NCBI GenBank assembly: GCA_977018835.1
Contig: OZ361260.1
Location: forward strand, 62,001 to 126,000
DNA from: Minutocellus sp. GHC0000111
Lineage: Eukaryota
Direction of reading: 5' to 3'
Length of the DNA: 64,000 nucleotides
The stretch's first letter is position 1; the number at the start of each line of letters is the position of its first letter. Below the pieces are notes generated by a model. The model saw nothing but the letters and a program-made list of their open reading frames with translations. It was not told the origin of the DNA and did no database searches. Below, piece by piece: positions 23,693 to 34,773 of the stretch. Made by a program: the position numbers and the translations under genes.

Positions 23693-23971
23693 CTCATGGC
23701 TTGCACCGGTATCTTGAATGATGAGGGTTGCTATCAGCTATGAGAAATGGCGGTCTGTCCATTGGTCTGATGGTCTGTCCTTCAATCTGTCAAAATGCTC
23801 TTTCCGTCGTCCGCGCTCGTTTGTTCACCCTCGCGCGCGCATTCACCCATCACTTTTGCGAACACATGCACAGTGGCAAAGTGCCGGCGGTATCCTCGAC
23901 GGTTGCTTGCAACGCTGTAGTGGGCGAGAATATCTGACGTTGTTCGATCACGCGTTTATCAAATCATTATT

Positions 23972-24901
23972 ATGGCAGCCGCCACTACAACTCCAGCAGC
24001 CAACGTGGCCCGGAAACCAACCAACGCCGCCCTCCCCAAGAGCGTGGTGTTCGGCACTTCCGGCCTCGGCGGATGCATGGGTTGGATGATCGTCCACCCG
24101 GCCAACACCCTGGCCGTCCGATGGAATCTGGCCAGCATGCAGGGCAAGCCCTTCAACTTTGGCGCCATGATCCGCGAAACCGGCTGGATGGGCCTGTACG
24201 ATGGGTTGTCGGCGGGCTTACTGAGACAAGTTTTCTACGCCACCAGCCGATTTGGGCTGTTTGAGACCTTTCGCGATAAGTTGCACCAGATCCAGGGCAA
24301 GACCGACTTTGCCTCCCGTGTAGGCGTCGGTGCCGTCACCGGTGGTATCGCCGCATATCTGAGCTGTCCGATGGAGGTGGCCGTGGTGCGCATGTCGAAC
24401 GATTCGACCCTCCCGGCCTCCGAACGGCGCAATTACAAGGGTGTGGTGGATACGGCAACGCGCATCATCAAGGAGGAGGGCGTGGCCACCTTCTGGAGAG
24501 GGTCGACGCCCTTCGTTCAGCGCGCCATGATGGTCGGTGTCTTCCAGGTGGCGACACTCGATCAGTTCAAGGAGATGTATGCGTACTATCTGAGCCAGAA
24601 GAAGAACTCCATTCCCAACGTGTTCTGTGCGTCCATGACGAGCGGCTTGTTGTATTCGCTGGCAACCATGCCACTCGAGGCGAGTAAGAATCGGATGGCA
24701 TTCCAAAAGATTTGCCCAGACACTTGGAAGCTGCCCTACACGGGTACCATGCAAACCATCAAGAAGGTCGCCTCGGAAGAAGGCTTCTTGGCCCTGTACA
24801 ATGGATTCCTCCCGTACTACATTCGATGTGGTGGTCATACCGTCAGCATGTTCATCTTGGTTCAAATGCTGAGAGATTTTTACAAGGATAACATGATGTA
24901 G
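23972..24901 (+). CDS. Mitochondrial carrier, 2-oxoglutarate/malate or dicarboxylate type (SLC25A11/DTC-like)
   Basis: Three carrier repeats; GLSAGLLRQ, ERRNYKGVVD, RCGGHT. Confidence 0.92.
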   Translation: MAAATTTPAANVARKPTNAALPKSVVFGTSGLGGCMGWMIVHPANTLAVRWNLASMQGKPFNFGAMIRETGWMGLYDGLSAGLLRQVFYATSRFGLFETFRDKLHQIQGKTDFASRVGVGAVTGGIAAYLSCPMEVAVVRMSNDSTLPASERRNYKGVVDTATRIIKEEGVATFWRGSTPFVQRAMMVGVFQVATLDQFKEMYAYYLSQKKNSIPNVFCASMTSGLLYSLATMPLEASKNRMAFQKICPDTWKLPYTGTMQTIKKVASEEGFLALYNGFLPYYIRCGGHTVSMFILVQMLRDFYKDNMM

Positions 24902-25302
24902 GGCATGTTGGCTTGTTGTGTTTGTGGTGGGCAGCTAGGAATTCCTAGGTCTTCTTTTGCATATAAATGGAAGAGGACGAGAGAGGCGTGGTAACGATGC
25001 ACATGCGAAGTGTTTCCCTCGAAATGTCACTTAAACGCATGTATACTACGTACTCTAGCTAGAGCTAGCTCCCATTATATTTATGTATTCTATTAGTTCT
25101 AGTATTGTATATTGGGCCAGTGTGATTGCATTGAACTCATCTTGGAGGTGTACATTGCTTTCCAAGAATGAAATACTATGCATGTGCGCCAAATAAATCA
25201 AATATATGGAATTTATCGAAATTCCACCAAAGCACTTGCGCTTCCGGTGACATTCAAGGGGAGTTGCGCAGCAAGATTTCATGGTTCAGTTGATCGGTGT
25301 GA

Positions 25303-25710
25303 TCAATCGAAGCTCAGAAGATCACCAGCGACCTCCTTGGGTGCCTCCGCCGAGGCTGCATCGACAACGGGCGACATGAAATCCGCCATGGCACTGCTGC
25401 CATCGGCGGTCAGGCTCTCGTCGGACTGCCGAGCGGCGACTTCCGTTCTGCCGCTACCCGAAACATTCTTGTTCCAAAATTGGCGTTCGGCGCAATCCTC
25501 CGAGTAGTACTTGGGATCGATCACCTTGGCCATGCCCTCAAAGTCCAGGAGGATGTCCGTTGGGGCAGAAGTGGTACTGGAGGAAGCATTGGATGAAGAA
25601 TCACCGTCATTCATCTGTTGCGACGAGGTGAGGGCATCGATCCAGTCTTCGTAGCTACAGGACTGGTTTTCGCCGGTGCAAAAGGATGCGAAGTGGGCCT
25701 TGAAGTCCAT
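25303..25710 (-). CDS. Small acidic hypothetical protein
   Basis: Compact ATG-started ORF with protein-like composition ending DLLSFD; no family recognised. Confidence 0.55.
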   Translation of the reverse strand: MDFKAHFASFCTGENQSCSYEDWIDALTSSQQMNDGDSSSNASSSTTSAPTDILLDFEGMAKVIDPKYYSEDCAERQFWNKNVSGSGRTEVAARQSDESLTADGSSAMADFMSPVVDAASAEAPKEVAGDLLSFD

Positions 25711-26635
25711 AGTGAAGATATCGTTTTCAGACGAAGCAATACAGAAGAATGGATGGGGCTGAAAGTAGCGTGGTCGCGGTTGCGAGACTTCTCTGGTCGC
25801 GGAGGTCGGAGTTTACCGCGCAAAACAATGTTAGAATATCGGGGAAACATAACATTGTCGGTCTCCCCTATGGATTCATTCGCTCGGCTCTCGCTCTCAT
25901 GCACGGGGGTCGAGTGGCTCACCTAAAGCCGGACCAACTCGCACACTCTTCTTGGCTTTTTGTGATCTCACCAAGCATCAGGAGTAGCTGCCAGATTAAG
26001 TCTGGCTGACTGGCTCTTAATTCTCACAATGGTTTCCATTCCAATCGTCGTTTTTCAGTCCCACATGTGTGGTGTTTCAAAACCAACAACCCCAGGTAGG
26101 CAGGCAGCAGCAGAGGTTTTTTGTGTGCTCTGTGGTGGTGACAACAACAGCAGTGGTCGCCAGCATCGAAACAACGGTGGGGATTTCAGGAGGAGTTGGG
26201 ACGCCGGCGTTGATGTTGACATCGATGCTTCCATCTTCGCCAATCCGGACCACTCCGTTCAACACAAGGAACGGATCGACCGACCGTGCCGAGAGGCAGA
26301 CTCAGGCAGAGGGCAGCAGCAGAGAGATCACGCGGCAGCTAGCTGCGCGTGTGGCTCTGAGCAGCTCACCGTTCGCCAGACGGAGGAACCACTGTCGTTC
26401 AGAGGTTCCTCTTGGTAGTCGCAGGCAGTCGCATGTGGCGGCGCCTTGTGGCTTACATGCATGGGGCTGGTCGCTGGTCGCGGCGGAAAGGAAGTGATGG
26501 AGTGGCGGCTTTCTCTCCCGGTTGACTCACTTTCTCTCCGGCTTTCCGGTGCTACTAAAAGTAAGTTCTGGGAAACCCCCAACAATTTTACAAATCTCGG
26601 CGCAAGTCAAGTCAAGTCGCGTCGCGTGATCGGCT

Positions 26636-26874
26636 TAGTCTTAGGGAAACCTGGGGGGACTTTCCGGGTTACCCCTAAACCTGGGATTTCCCCCAGGATT
26701 TCTGAGTTTGCCCCCCGCCCCTACGCACGTGTTACTAGTAGTAGCTACTATTAAGATATTCTCGCACATGGGGGCATTTTGCCGTTTTTCCGAGGGACCC
26801 CAGGATCCCAGGTTAATCCTGGGGGTTTGCCCCCCAGTATTTCTGGAAATTACCCCCAGGTTTCCCTATGACTA
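26636..26874. mobile_element. MITE-like element with 22-bp terminal inverted repeats
   Basis: Left tagtcttagggaaacctggggg (26636-26657) vs reverse complement of right end tagtcatagggaaacctggggg (26853-26874), 1 mismatch. Outermost TA could be the TSD. Non-coding interior with cc(t/a)gg sub-repeats. Confidence 0.75.
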
Positions 26875-26937
26875 GATCGGCTGACTCTCGATCGCTCTGC
26901 TCATACATACACATGTAAGCAATTCAGGCGACCAGCG

Positions 26938-29550
26938 ATGACGAAGACGCCTCCGCCTCCGCCTCCACCGCCGGACACACCGCCTGAGGGAGATGCCGTC
27001 GCTACCATCGCCGTGCCTGAGGAGACTCCCGCCGGAACCACCGCGAGGACCAAGAAGCGGAACCGACTGAGCCTGACGAAGCAAAAGGCCGAACGGCGGA
27101 GCGCCGCGGCTGCCGCGGCTGCTGCATCGGAAGCCGGTACCGGCGGCGGTGGTGGTGCTGCTGCTCCGGAAATGCCCCCGACCGGTGCCGATATCGGGCG
27201 GAAGACCGACGGCGGCAACGGCAATGGCAAGCCAGCTGGTGGTGCCGCTGCCAATCCTACCAGCCATGCAGCTGCCGCCACCTCCATGCGCGCCCTGTCC
27301 CAACCACCGCCGTACATGCGCACGCACGTCGATCCCGACGCCCTCGCGGCCTTCCAGCTCCGGACCCGTCTCTCCGCCGACGTCCCCTTTATGCACCTGT
27401 GGCACGTCATGGAGGGCCAGGGATGGAAACACCGCGACGCCCGGTATTACACCCCCCAAGGCGAGTGCTTGGGCAGCGCCATCGAGGTGTTTCGAGTGTT
27501 GGACGGCCGGGGGGGGATGCCCGGCCGGAATAATTATGGGCTGCGGCGCATTGAAGACGTCCGCGATGGGAACGCCGCCGTGGAGGTTGGGGATGGCAAG
27601 CGGGATGGCGGCGGTGCCGGATCGTCGGCGAGGCGGATGCGCCAGCTGCGCGACGATCTGCTGGAGGGATATTACCGGCACCGCCACCACCGCGCTCGGG
27701 AGAGGGAGCAACGGGCCAAGAAGAGGAAGAGGGAGAGGGAGGGGCACGACAATACATGTAAGGATGACGACGAGGAGGACGATCGGGACATTGACAAAGA
27801 GGAGGACGATGATGACGACGATGATGACCATGATGGCGGCAGCAGGGAAATGCCCAGGAACAAGTCGGTGAACAAGTCGATCGCCGAGAAGGGAGGAGGC
27901 GACGACGACGACGGCGACGACGACGACGGCGACGGCGACGACGGCAGCCTCGGCCCGGCACTGTTTGGTCTCGACAGCGATGCGAGCGATGCCGGGACGC
28001 CGTTCCAAAGTCCCGCCGGCGGTGGCAAGGCCGGCGCCGGTGGCAGCGTCCGAAGGGATGTCGACGCCGACGCCGACGCCGATGCTGCGAGCGGGAGTAA
28101 CGGTAGTAACCCGGCCCCTGATCCGGATACGAGTATGGATCCTGCCGCCAGACGGTCGGCCCGACGAACGGCCCGATAAATAGGCGGTGGCGGAGATCGA
28201 GGCGCCGAGGAGTACATGCGGAACAAGGTGGCCGCGCCGAAGGCAGCCACAACGAGGAGGCGGGAAACTGCCCGAGGAATGCCAATGCCAAGGAGGGCGG
28301 CAGGGGCCAATACAGCGGCCAAGGCAGCGGCAGCGGCCAACAAGACAGGGGCTGAAAGTGCAGACATTCCCGACGGCAGTGATGCCGACGGGGAGCCCGC
28401 GTATCACGTGTGGCCCAACCTCGAGACCAACGTCTCCGCCGTGCGGGACTACGCCGTGTCCGTCTCCGAAAGCGGCGTGCGGGCCCTGGACGAGGACTAC
28501 GCCGACGGCTTCGCCGAATGGAGGTTCCTGCTGTCGACCAACCACTCGGTGATGCTGCACGGGTTCGGGAGCAAGCGATCCCTCCTCAACGACTTTGCCG
28601 AAACCGTCCTGCCCCACGACGGCCATGTCCTCACGTTGGACGGGTACGATCGGACGATCAACATGGAGGGCATCCTGGCGGCCCTCGTTCATCTGTATCT
28701 TGGCGGGAACGAGCCACGGCCAAGGTCGTTGGTGGCGGGAGCGGCCGACAGTGATGACAGAAGCGCTCCGTCGGCAATCGGATTGGGCATCGTGCCGCCG
28801 TCTTTGGGGTCTCCGGCCGTGGTTCGGCGGGCCTTTGCCATTGCGGAACGCATTGCTACCACGCAAACGATTCCAATTCATGTTGTCTTGCACAATATTG
28901 ACGGGATTCGTCTTCGATACAGCCAAACGCAGGAAGCCTTGGCCATGCTGGTGGCGGCCAGTGCAAATGCCGGCAAAATTAGAATGATCCGTCTCGTTTC
29001 CAGCATCGATCATGTGAATGCACCAGCAACCTTGTGGTCGACCCAGACGCGAGCGGCATTCGGTTGGATATGGAAGGAGGTGCATACCTATCGTCCGTCG
29101 TTCGAGGAGGTCCGTCTCGGCGGCGAAGAGGGTCCGGTGAGAAAGACACGGTACGGGTCAAGTTTGGGCCATAGCAGAGCATCAGGACCTGCTAATGGAG
29201 ATGGCATGGGCTTTATGCGCGTTTTGGAAAGTATCGGGAAGCGCCACGCGGAGGCTCTGCAGGTTCTTGCCAGGGAACAATACAAGCTACAAAAGGAACA
29301 GGAAAGAAGGCATCAGCACCAACGACGGGGCAAACCGCCGCAGATTACCATATCGTACAATTCGTGGAAGCAAATGTGCATGAGCAAAATGTGTGCGAGT
29401 GATGAAACTGGGCTGAGACACATGCTCACCGAGCTGACAGACCACGGGATCATCGCCGCCAAGTTTTTGGTCGACGGACGTCATTTGTTTATACCGCACA
29501 ACTTGCCGGTGCTCAAGCAAATTCTCAAGTTTAAGCCTGATGCCGACTAG
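26938..29550 (+). CDS. ORC2: Origin recognition complex subunit 2; in-frame TAA at 28177-28179 (or a 51-nt intron 28133-28183)
   Basis: WRFLLSTNHSVMLHGFGSKRSLLNDF, VVLHNIDG, IRLVSSIDHVNA, VHTYRP, LTELTDHGII. The upstream low-complexity ORF is in the same frame. Confidence 0.88.
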
Positions 29551-29570
29551 CTAGCTAGGGTAGCTAACTA

Positions 29571-29661
29571 CTAGCTAGCTGGATAGCAGGATCGTTGATC
29601 ACAGTGTACCAGCATCACAGTCCTGGGACTGTGATGCACGATCCTGCTACTAGCTAGCTAG
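29571..29661. repeat. Nested inverted repeat (fold-back) between convergent genes
   Basis: gcatcacagtcc/ggactgtgatgc (29612-29623/29626-29637), tagcaggatcgt/acgatcctgcta (29584-29595/29638-29649), flanked by CTAG runs. Confidence 0.9.
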
Positions 29662-29767
29662 ATAGCGGGCTAGCTACTAGCCAGAGCGATGTTGCAAGTA
29701 AAATAAAGATACACGTGTGTATGACCCTCTAGCCTAAGAATTAACATTGTATTTTACATAGAATTAG

Positions 29768-32700
29768 CTAGCTCAAGGAAAGATTGTCCTCCTCACTGCT
29801 ACCCCAGCTTGACATGCTGGATAGGACTCCACTGTCGGTACTGCGGTTGCCGGAACCGGCACTCTTGGCAACAGCGGAGGCAGCTCCATCAGTGACAGCT
29901 TCGGCTGCAGCAGTGGGGGTGCCACTGCCATCACCGCTACTGCCACTGGGCGACCGTTTGGGACGCTTGTAGCGCGGCCCAACCTTGGGGGGCGATCTGC
30001 TGGACGTTGTGCTCGACGAGCCGCTGTCGTTGGTGGACGAGGCCGACGACGAGGACAGGGCTTCGCCACTGCTGCCGCTGTTGGTCTTGCTGTCGGCGTT
30101 GCTGCTGGTGCCGTCTCCACTGGCACCATCCCCGCCGGAAGTGGAGAGCTCGCTAATGTCGCTGGCGTTGCTGCTCACCATGTTGGTTTCTTCGATGGGA
30201 CGCTTCTTGTTGGCACGGGCCGACGGCTTGGCCTCTTCGTCGGCCGTGGTGTCCGAAACCTTCTTGGGCTTGCCCCTTTGGTCCTTCTTCGCCGTTTTGT
30301 CTCGTTTTGGTTTGGCCCCTTCCTTCTTCTTCTTGCGCTTCGGATTCTTCTTGCTCTTGGACTTGCCCTTGGCGGACGATGTCTTGGGCGGTCCCTTTGT
30401 GGCTACCTGCGACATTGGTACCGAGCTTGTGTTGGACGATCCACGGCTCCGCTGTTGGAGGGATAGTACCTCCTGCTGCAGTATTTGGTTCTGCTGCAGC
30501 AAGAACTGCATTAGCTCATTTTTGACGGCATCCTGCGGCCTTTGGCCAGATGAATCTGATGGCGAAGGAGCATCGTACGTATTGCCAAGTGCGCCGAGGT
30601 CGAGGGGTGGTATCGACGCCGAGTTGGTGGTCGACGAAAGAGAGGACACGGAGAGGATGTTGTGCAGGTGAGACGGAAGGTTCTGGGGTTGCTGGTACTG
30701 CTGGTGCTGGTGGAGGGGCTGGTGCTGCCGATCGTTCTGGCCGTTGGCGCCATGGCTCGTGGTGGTGGCGGGCGACGACTGACGATGGGCGGAAATCGAC
30801 GAAGACAGCGCGGCGGACTGATTCGATATCTGCTGGTGGAGCCAATCGTTGCTAACGTTTGGAGGACTGTCCGTGATAACGTTGCCGTTGCCAGTGCCAC
30901 GGCCAGTGCTGCTACCTCCAGCTGGCTGGAGATGATGACCATGAGGCTGGTTTGGCGGCGCGTTGACTTGTTGACCTTGACCATTTCCTTGGACAGGGAG
31001 TGCCCAATCCTGGCCTTGGCCTTGACTCTGCTGGATGTGCACCTGCACCTGCTGGTTGTTTTGCTCCTGCTGCAATTGCCGCTGCAATACGCTGAGGATC
31101 TGCTGCTGGTGCAGCAGTTCTTGGACGTTGGCGTTGTTGTTGGTGGTATCGAAGACAGTTGCGCCGGAACAATCACCGATAGCACGAGTCGATGAGCCCA
31201 AAGACGGGGAATTCGACGGTGGTTGTTGTTGTTGCTGCTGCTGCACCTGTTGCTGCACCTGATGTACCTGCGCGAGCAAATTCATGGGCCACTGGGGCAG
31301 CTGCGGCGGCAGGGAGAGCGAGAGCGAGGCCGCGGCCAACCCCGAGGAGTCTGCGGAGGATATCGACGACGACTGGCGCTGGTACGTCCTGCCGCTGGAA
31401 GTAGCATTGCGCAGGTTGCCATGTCCGTGGCCATTGGCGTGGCCAGCGGGAGGTAGAACCGGAACCGGGCCCGGACCTGGGCCCAAGGGGGCGGGGGCGA
31501 AGGCCAAGGCGGGAGGAAGCTGAAGCTGGGCGAGGAGCTGGTCGATCAGGTGTTGGTTGTTGGCCAGCTGCTGCTGCTGCTGTTGCTGACGCTGCTGCCG
31601 CGCCTACTGTATAAAGTAGGGATTGGTGCCAAGTTACCATTGGCATTGGCACCGGCACCGGCAGCCGAGGGCAGGTAGGAAAGCAACGGGGCGGGGGCGC
31701 TGTGGGTGCTGCTGCTGATGACGTTCCCCCCGCTCTCGCTCCCCTCCGACGACGACGTCACGCCAGCCGCCGTTGTCGTCGTCGTCGTCGTGGCTGCTGC
31801 TGCAGCTCCAGTATCACCACCCGTACCCGTACTCGCCTGCCGCGCCTGCTCCCGCTCCTGCCGCTCCCTCACGGTGCGCTCGTACGCGGCCACCTCGGCC
31901 TTGTACCGCTCGACGTCGGCGTTGGCCATCTTCTGGTACCGGTCGAGGTCGGCCACCCCCACCTCCCTCCACCGCTTGGAGATCTCCTTGCCCATCTCGC
32001 GGAACGACATGCGGTGCCGGGCGAGGGAGGAGCCGGAGGTTGAGGTCCCGCTGTCGCCCGAGGACGACGGCGACTCCTGCTCCTTGAGGATCCGGCCCCG
32101 CTCTTCCTGGTAGAAGTAGTTGTAGGCCGACTGCGGAGGAAGAAGAAGAAGAAGAAGAAGGGAAAGAGTCACAACACAATGCAGTCAACATAACACTCTG
32201 GTAAGTCAGATAAAACGCTCAGATGCAACACTCTGGCAAGTCAGGATGCATGCATTTGTTCCCATTGCCAAACCCGATAGATGCATTTGGAAAGCCAAAT
32301 CCGAGTGCACACAAACAACTCAAGTTTGTTCAACGCATGCAGCCATGCACGATCGCTCCCATCGTTCCTTCACACTATCAACCCATGCATCCAACAGATC
32401 CCGGCACGGGAGCGACACTCTAGCTGAGCCCACTCGGGACGTACCTTGGGACGCTCGGGCTTCTTCTTGGGGGCGCCGCCTGCCCCTGCTGGGGCGGTTG
32501 CTCCGACGGCGCACTTGCCGGCACCACCAGCACCGCCGCTTGCATCTCTGCGATGGACAAATTTTAGTGAATTCGTAACCTTGGATGGATCGAATTGGCT
32601 CTCCTGACAATCTACATGTAGCTAGAATCGGGAATTGTGGCTGTTGATTGGTGTTGGAAGCGCTGGTTTGTGAAGCGAGAGGGTGCAGGAGCGTGGGGGG

Positions 32701-32771
32701 ATGGGGCACGGCCTCGCTCCACTGTTGCCACTTCTTCGTGTCACGTCTTTCTTGCTGCCGCGAGGCCTCAT
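29768..32771 (-). CDS. HMG-box transcription factor with Q/S-rich C-terminus; intron 32131-32444; frame break at ~31600-31640
   Basis: Splicing gives KKKPERPK|SAYNYFYQEERGRIL...MSFREMGKEISKRWREV...YQKMANADVERYKAEVAAY. The 5'-most exon (ATG 32771) and the join to the Q-rich ORF are inferred. Confidence 0.75.
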
Positions 32772-34374
32772 TGAACAGCAAAAGAGAAAATGGGACTGTT
32801 GCCCCGTTCTCGCGGTCGTCCGAGCAACGAGCATGTGTCAGAATTGTCGAGCTTCCGAACAGGGCTCGCACATCGCGGCCTCGTTGTGTTGGGCCTCGTT
32901 TGTTTCAGAAACGAACCACATGACTGAGTCCTTGTTGATGAGGGACAATCTGGCCTTGACCAACAACTGCAATCGAACACAAATTCTCGTTCAAATGCCA
33001 CCCGGACTGACGACGGCTGATGACGGTGCTTGATGTGCATGCAGGCAGGCCTGTGCAAGTGCTGAAAATGACGTCGACTCATTGTTTAGAGTCCCCCTTT
33101 TCCCCCAAGCCATGCAGTTTCAATCCCCTCCTTTTCTTTTTTGCGAATTCGCTTGCATGCATGATGCAACAACTAACTCGAATGAGTTCAAAGCTTGAAA
33201 GAACAAGGGGGAACAATGAGGTTTCGGAAAAAGGGAGTTCACAGTCGAGCAGGTCAAACCAAGACCGACCACTGCGGGGGCGTGTCGGGCCACACAGAGA
33301 ATGTGTCCGTCGTCATCATGATCATGCTGGCACGAGAGGGGGCTGAGGGCTCTCGACACGTTCATGCACCTTAGCAAGCTAAGGCCGCTGTGCGACAGAC
33401 GCTCCTGCAGAGGCAAGGCATGTGTGGGACAGGCACCGTCGAGCTTGATGGCTCTGTGGACGCTCGGCTGGGTCTCTTTGTGTGTGTCCTGCTCACTTCC
33501 GCACGGTGACGACAACACATCACAGAGACCATGGCCGGTTGGGCAGAAAAGCTGATCGACTGCACAGAGAGGCTTTGGGCCCACCCCCCAAGCTCAAAGC
33601 TGGGTGGGTGGGTCCATTAAACTGTTTAAACTGTGAACTGCTTCATGTGTGTCAAGCAAGGGCAGGAAGAAGGCGGGTCACACAGAAAAGCTGCGCTCTG
33701 TGTCTTTTTCACTCAGAGGACAAAGAACAAAGAATGATCCGGAGTCTCCACACGCATGATCCAACGAACGAGGCTCCTTCTTCAACGTGCCCCACGCACA
33801 CTCGACGAGCCATCGCGAAGACCCAAGGACCCCAAATTGCCGCCAATCCTTCGCCGGCATCAACAGTGTTGGCCGAAATGCCGGCTTCGGGACTCCAATG
33901 CCCCCCTTCGCCCCCCCTGTTCACCTAAGCACGACACACATTGTTGGCCGATCTGTGCTGCCGGAAAGAGGAGGAGGGGGGAGAGGGACCTCACCCTCTA
34001 AGAAGTTTCATTTACCGCCAATGCCAGCTCCAGTTCTCACGTAGTTAAACTGCATTTCATGTTCTCTACTAAGTTGCATGGAGTTGGGAGAATCAGCGGA
34101 GGGAGGCACTGTGTTCGATGTGTCATCGTTGTGGGCACCGCACGGAGGGGATGAGCTGGCGACGGTGGTTAGCAGCAGGCACTAAAACTAACTGCATTCC
34201 TGTAGTACCCAGTTTTTCTGCTGACCACCACCACCTTCGCCTCCTCTCGTCTCAACTGACCAAGCCACAACCATCTGCGATTGCTGCCGTTGCAATTGCT
34301 AAGTCAGCTTACAGCACTACCGGCTCCCAGAGCCTGTCTCTCTCTCTCTCAGCAGTTAGTTTTAAATTCCCTTC

Positions 34375-34568
34375 GCATGACGAGCCGTACGTAGCCTAAA
34401 AGACACAGAGGCCGCCCGGGAAATCTGCAACAAAAAATCACCGCACGACGCACCATGCATGACGAGGCAGCCAGATTGTCCCCCCTGGTGCCGCGCAAAA
34501 TCACAACCAAAACCATCATGCGCGGGGCACCACTCGTCATTGAAGCATGACGAGCCGTACGTAGCCTA
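34375..34568. repeat. Perfect 24-bp direct repeat with a partial middle copy
   Basis: gcatgacgagccgtacgtagccta at 34375 and 34545; gcatgacgag at 34457. Confidence 0.9.
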
Positions 34569-34773
34569 CGAGCGTACGTACCCGCAAGTGGAGAGCCGAC
34601 AGCTCTCGAGCACCGGCGCAGAGACCAGTAGAAATCCTAGATCTACTGTTATTAAAACATGATCACAACAAAAGGTCTATGCAGGTAAAGATAGGGCTAT
34701 GTAGTGACTAGCTAACTAGCTACGTAGCAGCCTATAGAGAGCTTTACTCTCACCAAAGAATATTCTGCAATAT

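Noticed and set aside
26872..29085. 737-aa minus-strand ORF
   Set aside because: Antisense shadow of the GC-rich ORC2 coding sequence; no recognisable motifs.
34375..34568. Possible mini-CRISPR array
   Set aside because: Only two full repeats, a 146-bp gap, eukaryotic context and no cas genes.
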